Below, piece after piece: positions 55,701 through 64,000 of a stretch of 64,000 nt of DNA (position 1 is the stretch's first letter; each line of letters opens with the position of its first letter). The notes beneath the pieces were generated by a model that was given only the letters and a program-made list of their open reading frames with translations, had not been told where the DNA came from and searched no databases. Origin of the DNA: Pseudomonas phage PaBG; the sequence record KF147891.1, one strand, 5' to 3'. Position numbers and translations under genes: made by a program.

Positions 55701-55938
55701 GATCAAGGTGCAGCTCTGGGACCCACATCGACCGTACGACGGTGTGCGCGCCCCTAAGCATGAGGAGCCTGTGTATACGGACACTCCTGCCAAGAAAAAG
55801 AGTCGCCTGAGAGACAAGCGCAAGAAGCGCGAGCGCGATCAGATTCCTACTGCCACCCAGTCTCCGTCCCAGGAGAACACGTTCGTCTCCAAAGTCAATT
55901 GGTTGGGTAGGCGCGAACGCGGTATTGACCCGTACTAG
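55693..55938 (+). CDS. hypothetical basic protein (81 aa)
   Basis: ATG overlapping the upstream stop; K/R-rich centre. Confidence 0.3.
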   Translation: MAKIKVQLWDPHRPYDGVRAPKHEEPVYTDTPAKKKSRLRDKRKKRERDQIPTATQSPSQENTFVSKVNWLGRRERGIDPY

Positions 55939-56043
55939 GAGCAGCCATGAGTAAGCTCATCGGACTCTGGTTGGTAGCAGTCGCACCTGCTGTGATTCTA
56001 CCGATTTGGATTGGGTATCACGTACTGAACAAGGGACCAAAAG

Positions 56044-56358
56044 ATGCCACTACCATGTGCGTGCGGTAAGCCAGAGCCGTGCTACCAATCACCACCATGC
56101 ACCAATCTCGCCGTCAAGTCTCCGACGCAGCCCATTCTGGGTGCGAAACGGCTGCTGTCTTTCGATGAACTCGTTTGTCGGCTGACCACAGAAGGCGGCG
56201 CCATCGTGAACGCCACAAGCTGTTCCGCCTACGAGTTGACACAGGCACAAGTCGAGGGTCGCGTATACGTCGATGCCAAGGGTTTGGCGTATGTGCTGCT
56301 CGATGCTGACTGGCTTGCTCAAATGCGGAAGCTCGAAAAAGCTCATCCGCACGCCTAA
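56044..56358 (+). CDS. hypothetical protein (104 aa)
   Basis: Last + strand ORF before the strand switch. Overlaps a 40-aa TM mini-ORF (55947-56069) in another frame. Confidence 0.3.
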   Translation: MPLPCACGKPEPCYQSPPCTNLAVKSPTQPILGAKRLLSFDELVCRLTTEGGAIVNATSCSAYELTQAQVEGRVYVDAKGLAYVLLDADWLAQMRKLEKAHPHA

Positions 56359-56398
56359 AAAAGGGTCCCTAGTTTTCACTGGGGACCCTTTTTCTTTT
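56357..56398. terminator. bidirectional rho-independent terminator at the strand-switch point
   Basis: AAAAAA GGGTCCC tagttttcact GGGACCC TTTTTCTTTT: a hairpin flanked by an A-run and a T-run, sitting between convergent genes. Confidence 0.6.
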
Positions 56399-57077
56399 AC
56401 CGCTTGTATACCGCAACTCCGTGCAACAATGGATAGACGGACGTATCCGGCACCAATCTCTCCGTACGTTTGCGCACGCTGAACTGCCTGCCTTCCAGGA
56501 TTTTCCTGTTACTTGCCATATCGAAGGCATCAGTGAACACGACCTTGCCGTTCAGCACGCCGGCTACACCATCATCCATACGAACTGCACCATCCGTTCT
56601 CAGCATCGGTTCTATGCAGCCGATCAGCTCTTCCCAGCGCTCGCGGGACACCAACAAGAACAGCACGTCATCGCGCTGACTCTCTTCCCACAGGGCTTCA
56701 AAGGTTGGCTTGATTTCCGTGTACACACCATCATGCTTGACGAATATCGCAGCCGACAGCCAGTCGTCGTACTTGCGCACTGCAATGGTGTGTCCACTGG
56801 GCAGCGCAGGATTCGGCGCTTCGATCAGCGTGAACTTCGGAGCTTCACCTTGGAACAATGACCCGTCCGGTACGAAGCCCACAGGGTTCTCACACCAATC
56901 GATAGCCATCCAGCCCATACGACGCGCGCCCTTAGAGCCGAATCCGGCAAGCTCCGTTCCTTTGAACGCATCCGCATGGAATGGATCGCCGCTGCGTTCC
57001 CAGTAATCGACATTCTGAAAGCTCGGCGGTTGGGTCGGCCCTACTGTATACGACGCAACCAAATCTTCCTCAACCAT
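56397..57077 (-). CDS. hypothetical protein (226 aa)
   Basis: Reverse-strand ORF; no motif. Confidence 0.35.
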   Translation of the reverse strand: MVEEDLVASYTVGPTQPPSFQNVDYWERSGDPFHADAFKGTELAGFGSKGARRMGWMAIDWCENPVGFVPDGSLFQGEAPKFTLIEAPNPALPSGHTIAVRKYDDWLSAAIFVKHDGVYTEIKPTFEALWEESQRDDVLFLLVSRERWEELIGCIEPMLRTDGAVRMDDGVAGVLNGKVVFTDAFDMASNRKILEGRQFSVRKRTERLVPDTSVYPLLHGVAVYKR

Positions 57078-57078
57078 G

Positions 57079-57342
57079 TCACACCCCTACAGTGTTCCAG
57101 TAGCTCCTTGTCCGCGTATATCCGAGCGCCATAGCAGCAGTCTCATCCACGAGTTCTTGGATTTGAAACTCTTCGGCGCGCGTGAAGAACTGCTCGCGTC
57201 CACGTTCGTTGAAAGGAGCGAACAGCTTGATACGCTCCTCGATGGAGGCACTTGGGTCCTTATCCCAAGTGCTGTGGCCGATCTTCATGACCTCCTTGCG
57301 GTCATGGTTCACGGCGAAGATGCGGTGTCCTTGTTCGCTCAT
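57079..57342 (-). CDS. hypothetical protein (87 aa)
   Basis: Reverse-strand ORF, tightly packed. Confidence 0.3.
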   Translation of the reverse strand: MSEQGHRIFAVNHDRKEVMKIGHSTWDKDPSASIEERIKLFAPFNERGREQFFTRAEEFQIQELVDETAAMALGYTRTRSYWNTVGV

Positions 57343-57527
57343 ATGCGCGTGTACCCTTTCTCGAATGGTTCTTCCGGAGAGAACGAAGTGTGGCCGCTGT
57401 CGTACACGACAAAGTATCCGCCGGTTGTCGGTGCGTGGGTGTTGTACCAGTTGCGGGACACGGTGTGTTCCTTGCCGCCGTCCAGATGCAACGTCACCGG
57501 ATCGTAGTCACCGACATACGCGGACAT
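57339..57527 (-). CDS. hypothetical small protein (62 aa)
   Basis: ATGA overlap with the next gene in the reverse-strand operon. Confidence 0.25.
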   Translation of the reverse strand: MSAYVGDYDPVTLHLDGGKEHTVSRNWYNTHAPTTGGYFVVYDSGHTSFSPEEPFEKGYTRI

Positions 57528-57605
57528 CTGCTCGATCTTCGCAGCGTTGACGATCTTGTGGCATTGGTACGCCGGCAGATTCAGCCGTTCGTGTGGCGGT
57601 TTGAT

Positions 57606-57983
57606 CTAGGTGCCTACGTGGCTGACGATCTTGTTGTCGTGTATCCACGCGCCGATGAGAATGCGCCACGGGAGATTGCGACATTCGATCACAGGGTGCC
57701 CATTCAGCTCACCGATGATGTTGTTCTCCAGTGCCGACTGCCGATGCTCGTACTCGAACAAAGGGAACATCGGATGGCCAGACATCACGGACATCAGTTC
57801 TTCTGCCACAGATGGGCCTGCCAGATACACGAACTTACGATTCGGATAGTCTTCGCGCACCTGTTCGCTCGGCACACTCACCGCCTGCATGGTTTCCAGA
57901 TTGAAGTCACGGAAACCCCAGCGAATGACGTTGTAGCCGTTGACGCCGAACGCCAGCAGATTTTCGATATTGACGTGTTTCAT
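57606..57983 (-). CDS. hypothetical protein (125 aa)
   Basis: ATGA overlap with the ThyA-like stop. Contains VYLAGP, a weak hint of a Rossmann-like nucleoside-handling fold. Not called. Confidence 0.3.
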   Translation of the reverse strand: MKHVNIENLLAFGVNGYNVIRWGFRDFNLETMQAVSVPSEQVREDYPNRKFVYLAGPSVAEELMSVMSGHPMFPLFEYEHRQSALENNIIGELNGHPVIECRNLPWRILIGAWIHDNKIVSHVGT

Positions 57984-59107
57984 TTGGCCACCTTGGCTTT
58001 GATGAACGGATGGGATTTGTACCCGTCGATGTGGATGTCTTCTAGCTTGAACTCGGTAATGGACGAGTACAGCTCTGCGCGATCCAGACTCAACACAGGA
58101 TAGTTGTCTTCCATGATCGGCCGCTGTAGTTGCTGACGCACTTGGTTGACGTGGTTGGAGTAGATATGCGCGTCGCCGAACGTGTGGAACAGCTTGCCTG
58201 ATGCCAGGCCGAATGCCTGTGCCAGCATGTGCGTCATGATAGAGTAGAAGCCGAAGTTAAAAGGCACGCCGAGGAAGAAATCCCCGCTACGCTGATAGAG
58301 CTTGCAGTCCAGCGTCGGTTGCCCGTGAGCACCTTCGCGCACGCACCATTGCGAAAGCGTATGGCACGGCGGCAGCGCCATCTCATCCAGACGGCTCACG
58401 TTCCACGCACTCAGAATAATGCGGCGACTGTCGCGGTTCTTCGCCAGTGCGTGTTCGATTTGCGCCAGCTGGTCGATACGGCGCTGAATGACGATTTCGT
58501 CCTTGCGACCAACGACGGCGACATTGAAGCCGCGCTTTATCCAGCCGTCTGGATCAGCCGACCACTGATCTGCGGTGATGATGCGCGTGTCTTCTTGAGC
58601 CCGCCATTGTGCCCCGTACACCGGACCCAGCTCGCCGTCGAGCAACTGGTGAGCATGTACGCCCTTGCTTGTCAGCCAAGCATCTTGCGCGTCCAGATCA
58701 TCTGGGTTCTCCAGCGACTCACGGAACGCGCTGAACTCATCCAGAAAGCCCATGCGTTCGCACTCTCGGATACGCTCGCTCCACTCCAGCAGTCGGCCAA
58801 AGATTTCGGTGCCCGGAATGACCCACTCGTTCCAGATGTTGACGCCGTTGTCGAGCAAGAACTTGACGTTGCTCTGCCCGCTCAGCATCCACACCAGTTC
58901 CTTGATGTACTTGTCGTACAGTACCTTCTTGGTGCTCGGAATAGGAACCAGCAGACGACCTTGTTCGTCCGTAAGCTCAAACTCCATGTTGATTGCACCG
59001 AACACAGAAATGGTGCCGACCCCAGTACGATCTTTACGCTCCTGACCGTTCTTCAGGATATACAGCAGCGCCCGCAGGTACTGCTCCTCATTCTGCTTTT
59101 GAATCAT
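57980..59107 (-). CDS. thymidylate synthase family protein (ThyA-like; TS or dUMP hydroxymethylase) with two large insertions
   Basis: DRTGVGTISVFG; catalytic Cys in LPPCHTLSQW; SRRIILSAWNV; YQRSGDFFLGVPFN (Asn retained, so the pyrimidine is dUMP-type); GDAHIYSNH. 375 aa against about 265 for canonical ThyA, owing to an about 60-aa insert after WNEW and an about 30-aa insert before IDQL. Confidence 0.75.
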   Translation of the reverse strand: MIQKQNEEQYLRALLYILKNGQERKDRTGVGTISVFGAINMEFELTDEQGRLLVPIPSTKKVLYDKYIKELVWMLSGQSNVKFLLDNGVNIWNEWVIPGTEIFGRLLEWSERIRECERMGFLDEFSAFRESLENPDDLDAQDAWLTSKGVHAHQLLDGELGPVYGAQWRAQEDTRIITADQWSADPDGWIKRGFNVAVVGRKDEIVIQRRIDQLAQIEHALAKNRDSRRIILSAWNVSRLDEMALPPCHTLSQWCVREGAHGQPTLDCKLYQRSGDFFLGVPFNFGFYSIMTHMLAQAFGLASGKLFHTFGDAHIYSNHVNQVRQQLQRPIMEDNYPVLSLDRAELYSSITEFKLEDIHIDGYKSHPFIKAKVAK

Positions 59108-59636
59108 GCAATGCCTCCTCGATACCTTTCAGATTCTTCTTGATCCAATCGTTGTTGATTGGTCCCCAGTCTTTGACGTAAAGCGTGCGGTCGGCCCTGC
59201 GATCAACCGAAGCGCCCACAGACTTGGATAAGGTCATCAGCATCATTTCTACCGACTTCCTCGGCCAGCCCAGTTTGCTTACGAGCTGCAACTTGTCCAG
59301 CTTGTTGGTGTCTACCACATGCAGCAGATACATGCGCCGCAGGAATGGCGTGCTCGCTTGCGGTCCTTTCGGAACGTCAGCATTCGGAGCTTCTGCCAGA
59401 ATGGTTTCCCGTTCTCGGTCATTCATGTAGCGCCAGCGGAGAACACCCAACACCTCTTTCTTCACATGCAACGAGACGTGCTTGCCAAACGTCCACCATC
59501 CACTGCCGTCCCAGTATGCGTCCATGTACCAATCGCCATGTACGGTAGCGTCTTGTACGGCGTACCAACCGTGCTTTCGAGGAAGCCTGTCCTCAACGCT
59601 TGCCCACGGTCGAGTTTCGCCTTTCTTTGCAGCCAT
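59088..59636 (-). CDS. hypothetical protein (182 aa) with a Trp-rich N-terminus
   Basis: First gene of the reverse-strand operon. WASVEDRLPRKHGWYAV ... WYMDAYWDGSGWW resembles DUF551-type phage domains. Confidence 0.35.
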   Translation of the reverse strand: MAAKKGETRPWASVEDRLPRKHGWYAVQDATVHGDWYMDAYWDGSGWWTFGKHVSLHVKKEVLGVLRWRYMNDRERETILAEAPNADVPKGPQASTPFLRRMYLLHVVDTNKLDKLQLVSKLGWPRKSVEMMLMTLSKSVGASVDRRADRTLYVKDWGPINNDWIKKNLKGIEEALHDSKAE

Positions 59637-59731
59637 GTTAGTGGTTCCTTATTCATTGTCCCTCAGGTGTAGTTTACACTTCGGACCCACCGGTCAATAA
59701 TTTATACCCATTAGGAATCGAGGACAAACCC
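59637..59731. promoter_or_regulatory. divergent promoter region between the reverse-strand island and the baseplate operon
   Basis: 95-nt AT-richer spacer between divergent starts; RBS GAGGA before 59732. Confidence 0.35.
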
Positions 59732-60061
59732 ATGCGTAACAGCCTTGAACTTGTGCTGAACCTGAAGGGACAGTGCAATATCAGACTGGGTGTGGATGCT
59801 TCTACCGGACACGGGTGCTTCCCATCGACCATACCGGCATCCGCATCCATCACGGTCTTCACCGACCAGATCGCCGAAGTGCGTGTCTCTGACAAGTACG
59901 TTCCGCACTGCTGCCCGAATCAGGGCTGCCACGCTCCAGCTGTAGTCAGGGGCGCACGCATCACTTTCACCGACCAGCTGGCCACACACCGCAGTAGCGA
60001 CGTGCTATCTTGCGGTGATCGTGCTTCCAATGGGTCCATTACGACGTATTCGGGTAACTGA
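59732..60061 (+). CDS. PAAR-repeat-like spike tip protein
   Basis: 109 aa, Gly/Cys/His-rich with a repeated beta pattern: GHGCFPSTIP ... HCCPNQGCHAPAVVRGARITF ... SCGDRASNGSITTYSG. Sits directly upstream of the gp25-like and J-like baseplate genes. Confidence 0.4.
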   Translation: MRNSLELVLNLKGQCNIRLGVDASTGHGCFPSTIPASASITVFTDQIAEVRVSDKYVPHCCPNQGCHAPAVVRGARITFTDQLATHRSSDVLSCGDRASNGSITTYSGN

Positions 60062-60062
60062 T

Positions 60063-60461
60063 ATGGCGGACATGCGCAACAGCCCGCTCTACTCCGACAT
60101 CAACCTTTACGTCGGACGCTTCTCAAACAAAGAGCTGGTCTACGACAACGAAGCGATCAACCAAAACATCTTCCTGATCATCACGACACCCATTCGTACA
60201 AAGTGGTTCCGGATTCGCTACGGGTCGAACATCCCGGCGTACCTGTTTGAACCCATGGACGATATGACCGCGATGCGGATTCGCGGTGAGATTCAAACGC
60301 TGCTGACTCGGAACGAGGAACTGCGCGTTACCATCGTCAGCACGCGGGTTGTTCCTGATTACGTCAACCAGGTGTATGCTGTGGAAATCGTGTACACCGC
60401 ACCAGACATCAGTGACCGACCCTTCACCTTCCAGTTCGGTTTGAACAAGCAAGCCGCGTAG
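60063..60461 (+). CDS. baseplate wedge protein (T4 gp25 / P2 gpW-like, GPW_gp25 family)
   Basis: INQNIFLIITTPIRTKWFRIRYGSNIPAYLFEPMDD matches the I..SI..IL.T..GER...P.fG core of the gp25/GPW family. 133 aa, the typical size. Confidence 0.55.
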   Translation: MADMRNSPLYSDINLYVGRFSNKELVYDNEAINQNIFLIITTPIRTKWFRIRYGSNIPAYLFEPMDDMTAMRIRGEIQTLLTRNEELRVTIVSTRVVPDYVNQVYAVEIVYTAPDISDRPFTFQFGLNKQAA

Positions 60462-60469
60462 GATCAACC

Positions 60470-61933
60470 ATGACGCAACTTACCATCAGCAAAGTCGTCG
60501 TTGACGAACAGGACATCTATAACGAGCTGGCGCGGCGTCTCGCGGAAAAAGGCACATGGAAAGACCTACTGCCGACAAACGTAGGTTCGACCTTGATGAG
60601 CCTGGCGTCCGGTGCTGCGACTGTCAACCAGCACTATATCAACGTCAGCCTGCGCGAAGCGTTCCTCTCGACGGCGGTTCGTGATTCGTCCATCTTCCAC
60701 AATACGCGCAGCTTGGGTATCAAGATCAGCCGAAAGACTTCGGCGGGCGTTACCGTGCAGTTGCAAAACAACTTGGCGACAACCAAGTTCATCCCAGCGT
60801 ACAGTGCGTTCCTCGTGGGCAGCACCTACTTCTACAACCGCGAACAGTTGATGATTCCGCCTGGCGTGAGCATCGATGGGATCAACCTGTATCAAGGCGA
60901 AGTGCGGGAATATGAGTTCGACATCGACGCTCTTTCCGCGCAAGACCTGCAGACGTTCAAGCTCAATACTCCAGGCTTCATTGTCTCGGAGTACGATCTG
61001 GTCGTCTGGACAGAAGACAAGGTGAGCGGCAACACAACTGTCTGGGAACAAACGGATCAAGCGCTGTTTGAACTTGGTCCAACCGACCAGAAGTATTACG
61101 AGTTTACAGCGGGCGATGGCGACGTTGCATTCATGTTCGGCACTGGTGAGTACGGTGCACGTATCCCGTCGAACCACCTGTTGAAGATTCGCGCCATTAT
61201 CACCACTGGCACCAACGCAATCGGTATCAGCGGTGAGCGCGTTCGTATGGTGAGTCAGCCAGAAGTAAGTGGCTTCTCCACATCGAACGTAGCAGGCGGC
61301 AGTGACGAAAAGAGCGCCCTGTACTACAAGCTGTTCGCACCTACGATGTTCCGTTCCAATCGCAAGGCGATCAGCGCTACGGAAGTACGCGCCCACATCA
61401 TGAAGTATCCAGGCGTCGCCGATTGTCGGGTGTTCCCGCAGCGCGACATTGCACCGAATGACCCACGCTGGCAGAACGTCATGCGTGTGTGTATTCTGCC
61501 TGAGACGACTGATGACTGGGGTGGTGCAAACCCTAATCCGGTGAGTGCAGCCTGGGAACAGTTTGAACAGTGGTTGCTCGCACGTTGCCAAGCACTGGCG
61601 GAGATTCAGAAATGGAACCCGTCGAAGCTGTTCGTCAACGTGCAGGTGCTGCTCGCGGTTAATCCTGATGTGGACATCGAGGAAATGCGCATCGTCGTTA
61701 CGGAGCGTATCCTCAAGCTCTTCCAGCGCAAGCCCGGAATCCTGGGCCGTCGCCTGAGCTTGTCAGACATCGAAGGGGCGTGCCGCGTAGCTGGTGTGGA
61801 CTACATCGAAATCAAGTCCCCGACCGAAGAAATCATCCCGCCAGACCCAACGCAGTACGCGGTGCTTGACGGCTCCCCAATAGTCAACATCGTTTACTCA
61901 GAGCGCAAGGCTGGCACTGTTGGAGCCTTCTGA
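60470..61933 (+). CDS. baseplate J-like protein (P2 gpJ / T4 gp6 family)
   Basis: 487 aa, immediately after the gp25-like gene. Size and position match baseplate_J. Region FTAGDGDVAFMFGTGEYGARIPSNHLLKIRAIITTGTNAIGISGERV resembles the J-family core. Confidence 0.5.
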   Translation: MTQLTISKVVVDEQDIYNELARRLAEKGTWKDLLPTNVGSTLMSLASGAATVNQHYINVSLREAFLSTAVRDSSIFHNTRSLGIKISRKTSAGVTVQLQNNLATTKFIPAYSAFLVGSTYFYNREQLMIPPGVSIDGINLYQGEVREYEFDIDALSAQDLQTFKLNTPGFIVSEYDLVVWTEDKVSGNTTVWEQTDQALFELGPTDQKYYEFTAGDGDVAFMFGTGEYGARIPSNHLLKIRAIITTGTNAIGISGERVRMVSQPEVSGFSTSNVAGGSDEKSALYYKLFAPTMFRSNRKAISATEVRAHIMKYPGVADCRVFPQRDIAPNDPRWQNVMRVCILPETTDDWGGANPNPVSAAWEQFEQWLLARCQALAEIQKWNPSKLFVNVQVLLAVNPDVDIEEMRIVVTERILKLFQRKPGILGRRLSLSDIEGACRVAGVDYIEIKSPTEEIIPPDPTQYAVLDGSPIVNIVYSERKAGTVGAF

Positions 61934-64000
61934 TGGAAAAGCTCACATTCGATGGACTACAGCCTGAAATCTTTTTCTCGCAGCCGTGGTTCACCGACTT
62001 CACGGAAGTTTATGCGGACGTGCTGAATGATCGGATTCGCTATCCGATCTACCAGCTGGAGAACATCCGCAACGTACTGCAACTGGATGATCCTTACGTG
62101 GTCCTCCAGACGATCAAGCAGCTTGGTTTCGACTTGCCTAGCGACTTCATCCGCCATAACCTGAGCGTGTTGTCGCAGTCGATCCCGCAGCTGGCGTTGT
62201 ACGCTGAGCGCTCCGGCGCCAACGACTATGCCCGCTCCATGTCGTTCATCTTCGGGCGCAGCATCGACGCCACGCAACTGTTCACCGAAGACTACATCAA
62301 CTTCTACACGCAACCCTACGGGCCGTTGCTTGTCGATGGCGGCGAGTGGTACAAGACCACTCACATCGAACTTGGTATGCAGTATCTGGCGAGCGACTAC
62401 ACCCTGTTGCTCCCAAGAGGCAAGACGATCAAGGATCGTTTCCTTGACGCCTTCCACGAGTTTGCACCTTGGAACGTCGTGGTAGAACGCTTCTACTTCA
62501 TGGTGGACATCGAGATTCCTCTGTTCATCAGTGGTCGCATCGTCAAGCAGCCCAAGCGCTACATCGATGTTGGCGTGGGTGACTTGCACGTCGCCGACAT
62601 GAAGATCGTCGGCCCAGACGAAGTTTGGGAATCCAGCCAGCAGCGCTTTGAACTACAGGTCACCTTGCAGAACGGTACCGACGGCGGTGTTGATTACATC
62701 CCGCGTCGTCCGCTGCTGGGTACTGCACCGTGGAACGCATCGCTCTCGGACATCGCAGCATTCGAGGTGAAGTCGCTGGGCAACCAGATCATGGAGTTTA
62801 ATATTCCAGACGGTCACTTCGGTTATCTGTGCTACCCGAAAGCCATGGGTCTCGCCACTTTCACGGATACGAACCTCGGCATTCCCGGCGGCTGGGATGG
62901 TGCAAGCTGGCCAGAGGGTGACGTTGGCAGTACATTCGGCCCCATCGAAATTCAGCGTCAGGTTGGTGATACTGTCAGCACTTGGTACCTGTATCGGACA
63001 GACTTCGATAGTCTCGGCGATGTCAGCTATCAGGTTGACTTTGAAAACCCATTGGTCGATGAATCCGATGAGCAAACCACAGCCCAGTCTGACACGTTCG
63101 TTACACAGATCGTCACAGTCCCAGCCGAGTGGTTGAGCAACAAGACTGGCTTGGTGAATTGGGACGGCGGTTTGGCTTCGTTTGGTGCTGTTGGGTTGAA
63201 CACGGATGTGGTCATTTCCGCTGAATATCAAGGTCGCGCAGTGTCGAAAGCCGTGCGAGTGAAGAACAACGCAAGCAACATTCGCGCAATTCGCATTGAA
63301 GGTCCGGACGAAGTACGTGCGCAGGAATCCGCCATCTACGTGATCAAAGCCACGACCACTGGCGGCGAAGAGACCATAGACATTCCGATCACCACCAACT
63401 CTTTGCTCGGCTACATGCAAGGCAATGAGCTGACGGTGTACCAAATCGATGCCGATGGCTCGATCTTCCTGAGCGCTCTCTGCGAACTGCCTGATGGGCA
63501 GAAGCTGAAAGCCGTGAAGAAGGTTGCTGCCAAGTACGTCGATCCTGACGTATACATGACCTCGCTTGTCATCGACGGCCCAGCAGAGTTCTTCGAGAAT
63601 GAGGTGAAGCAGTATGCCTGCGTCGCCCATTACTCGGACGGCACGCAGAAAGGCGTTCTCGCAGTTTGGAACTCCGGCTGTGGTGGTGTGTACATCGCGC
63701 CCGATGGTGAGCTTCACGCAACGACTACCGAGCGCGACATCAAGCTCGTTCTGCGGGCCACGCACCAGCACAAAAAGACGGCGATGACGGCTGAGTTTCC
63801 TGTCACCTTCCGACGCCGCACTGTGTCGATTGTACACACGGAAATCCTCGGTCCGAACACCGTGATCGAGTTGACCCGAAACAAGTACGTCGTGGCTGCT
63901 CGATTCAGTGATGGCAGCAGCGGCTATGTCGATGCCGACTGGAGCTCCAATCGCTACTACGTCGATGATCGTGGTATTCTGGAAGTGGGTTCTGTAGGCA
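61933..64000 (+). CDS. baseplate / tail-fibre protein (gpI-like N-terminus, internal YRTDF module, then Ig-like repeats); 3'-truncated by the window end
   Basis: TGATG overlap with the J stop. The frame is open to the end of the window. Contains GIPGGWDGASWPEGDVGSTFGPIEIQRQVGDTVSTWYLYRTDFDSLGDVSYQV, followed by Ig-like repeats (IRIEGPDEVRAQESAIYVIKATT ..., LVIDGPAEFFENEVKQYACVAHYSDGT ..., EILGPNTVIELTRNKYVVAARFSDGS ...). Confidence 0.4.
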   Translation, partial: MEKLTFDGLQPEIFFSQPWFTDFTEVYADVLNDRIRYPIYQLENIRNVLQLDDPYVVLQTIKQLGFDLPSDFIRHNLSVLSQSIPQLALYAERSGANDYARSMSFIFGRSIDATQLFTEDYINFYTQPYGPLLVDGGEWYKTTHIELGMQYLASDYTLLLPRGKTIKDRFLDAFHEFAPWNVVVERFYFMVDIEIPLFISGRIVKQPKRYIDVGVGDLHVADMKIVGPDEVWESSQQRFELQVTLQNGTDGGVDYIPRRPLLGTAPWNASLSDIAAFEVKSLGNQIMEFNIPDGHFGYLCYPKAMGLATFTDTNLGIPGGWDGASWPEGDVGSTFGPIEIQRQVGDTVSTWYLYRTDFDSLGDVSYQVDFENPLVDESDEQTTAQSDTFVTQIVTVPAEWLSNKTGLVNWDGGLASFGAVGLNTDVVISAEYQGRAVSKAVRVKNNASNIRAIRIEGPDEVRAQESAIYVIKATTTGGEETIDIPITTNSLLGYMQGNELTVYQIDADGSIFLSALCELPDGQKLKAVKKVAAKYVDPDVYMTSLVIDGPAEFFENEVKQYACVAHYSDGTQKGVLAVWNSGCGGVYIAPDGELHATTTERDIKLVLRATHQHKKTAMTAEFPVTFRRRTVSIVHTEILGPNTVIELTRNKYVVAARFSDGSSGYVDADWSSNRYYVDDRGILEVGSVG

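Noticed and set aside
57606-57983. Possible nucleoside 2-deoxyribosyltransferase / Rcl-like fold, suggested by a VYLAGP motif.
   Set aside because: A single short motif preceded by about 45 unrelated residues is too weak. Left as hypothetical.
57390-58103. 237-aa + strand ORF inside the reverse-strand island.
   Set aside because: Antisense to the well-supported ThyA-like and neighbouring reverse-strand genes; no motifs.
1-64000. Search for tRNA, rRNA or CRISPR arrays.
   Set aside because: No intergenic space longer than about 170 nt. I saw no GTTCGAATC-type T-loop motifs outside coding regions, and no arrays of direct repeats with unique spacers. The only tandem DNA repeat (12358-12580) is coding.

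Overview
This window looks like a 64-kb stretch of a large, high-GC (estimated by eye 55-60 %) tailed-phage genome with myovirus-type tail genes. It does not look like bacterial chromosome. All family calls are from reading the translated ORFs and recognising motifs by eye; no database search was run. Start coordinates that I derived by hand-counting are correct to within about 1 nt.

Gene organisation: almost all genes are on the + strand, tightly packed, and often overlap by 1-4 nt (ATGA or TGATG). The one exception is a 3.2-kb reverse-strand island at 56.4-59.6 kb. It carries a thymidylate-synthase-family gene and is bracketed by a bidirectional terminator and a divergent promoter region.

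Recognisable modules:
- Nucleotide or base modification candidates: a CmoA-family (carboxy-SAM synthase-like) methyltransferase-fold gene cut by the window start, an adjacent PP-loop ATPase, the ThyA-like gene with large insertions, and a GT2 glycosyltransferase with a TPR region.
- Replication and recombination: a DnaX/RFC-like clamp loader, an SbcC-like ATPase, a DHH phosphoesterase, an SbcD/Mre11-like nuclease, a family A DNA polymerase with a degenerate UDG-like N-terminal domain and a 3'-5' exonuclease domain, a DnaN-like clamp candidate, an SF2 helicase, an NAD-dependent DNA ligase, and a 1969-aa SNF2-helicase giant protein.
- Tail structure: a T4 gp18-like tail sheath, then a 214-aa protein whose fold is duplicated at the N-terminus of a 1524-aa protein carrying about 12 tandem Ig-like (Big_2-type) repeats, and a PAAR / gp25 / baseplate-J / gpI-like baseplate cluster at the 3' end.
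- Candidate host-takeover or anti-defence genes: a DUF2829/Tad2-like small protein, a 2H phosphoesterase, a J-domain protein, a histone-H1/AlgP-like KPAA-repeat protein, and an HExxH metalloprotease-like protein.
- Selfish-element-like genes: an HNH endonuclease, and a free-standing reverse-strand Zn-ribbon/PD-(D/E)xK-like nuclease sitting between the DHH and sbcD genes.

Several rho-independent terminators are visible. A recurring (G)CTAATTT element lies upstream of at least five transcription units. I did not see any tRNA, rRNA or CRISPR array.
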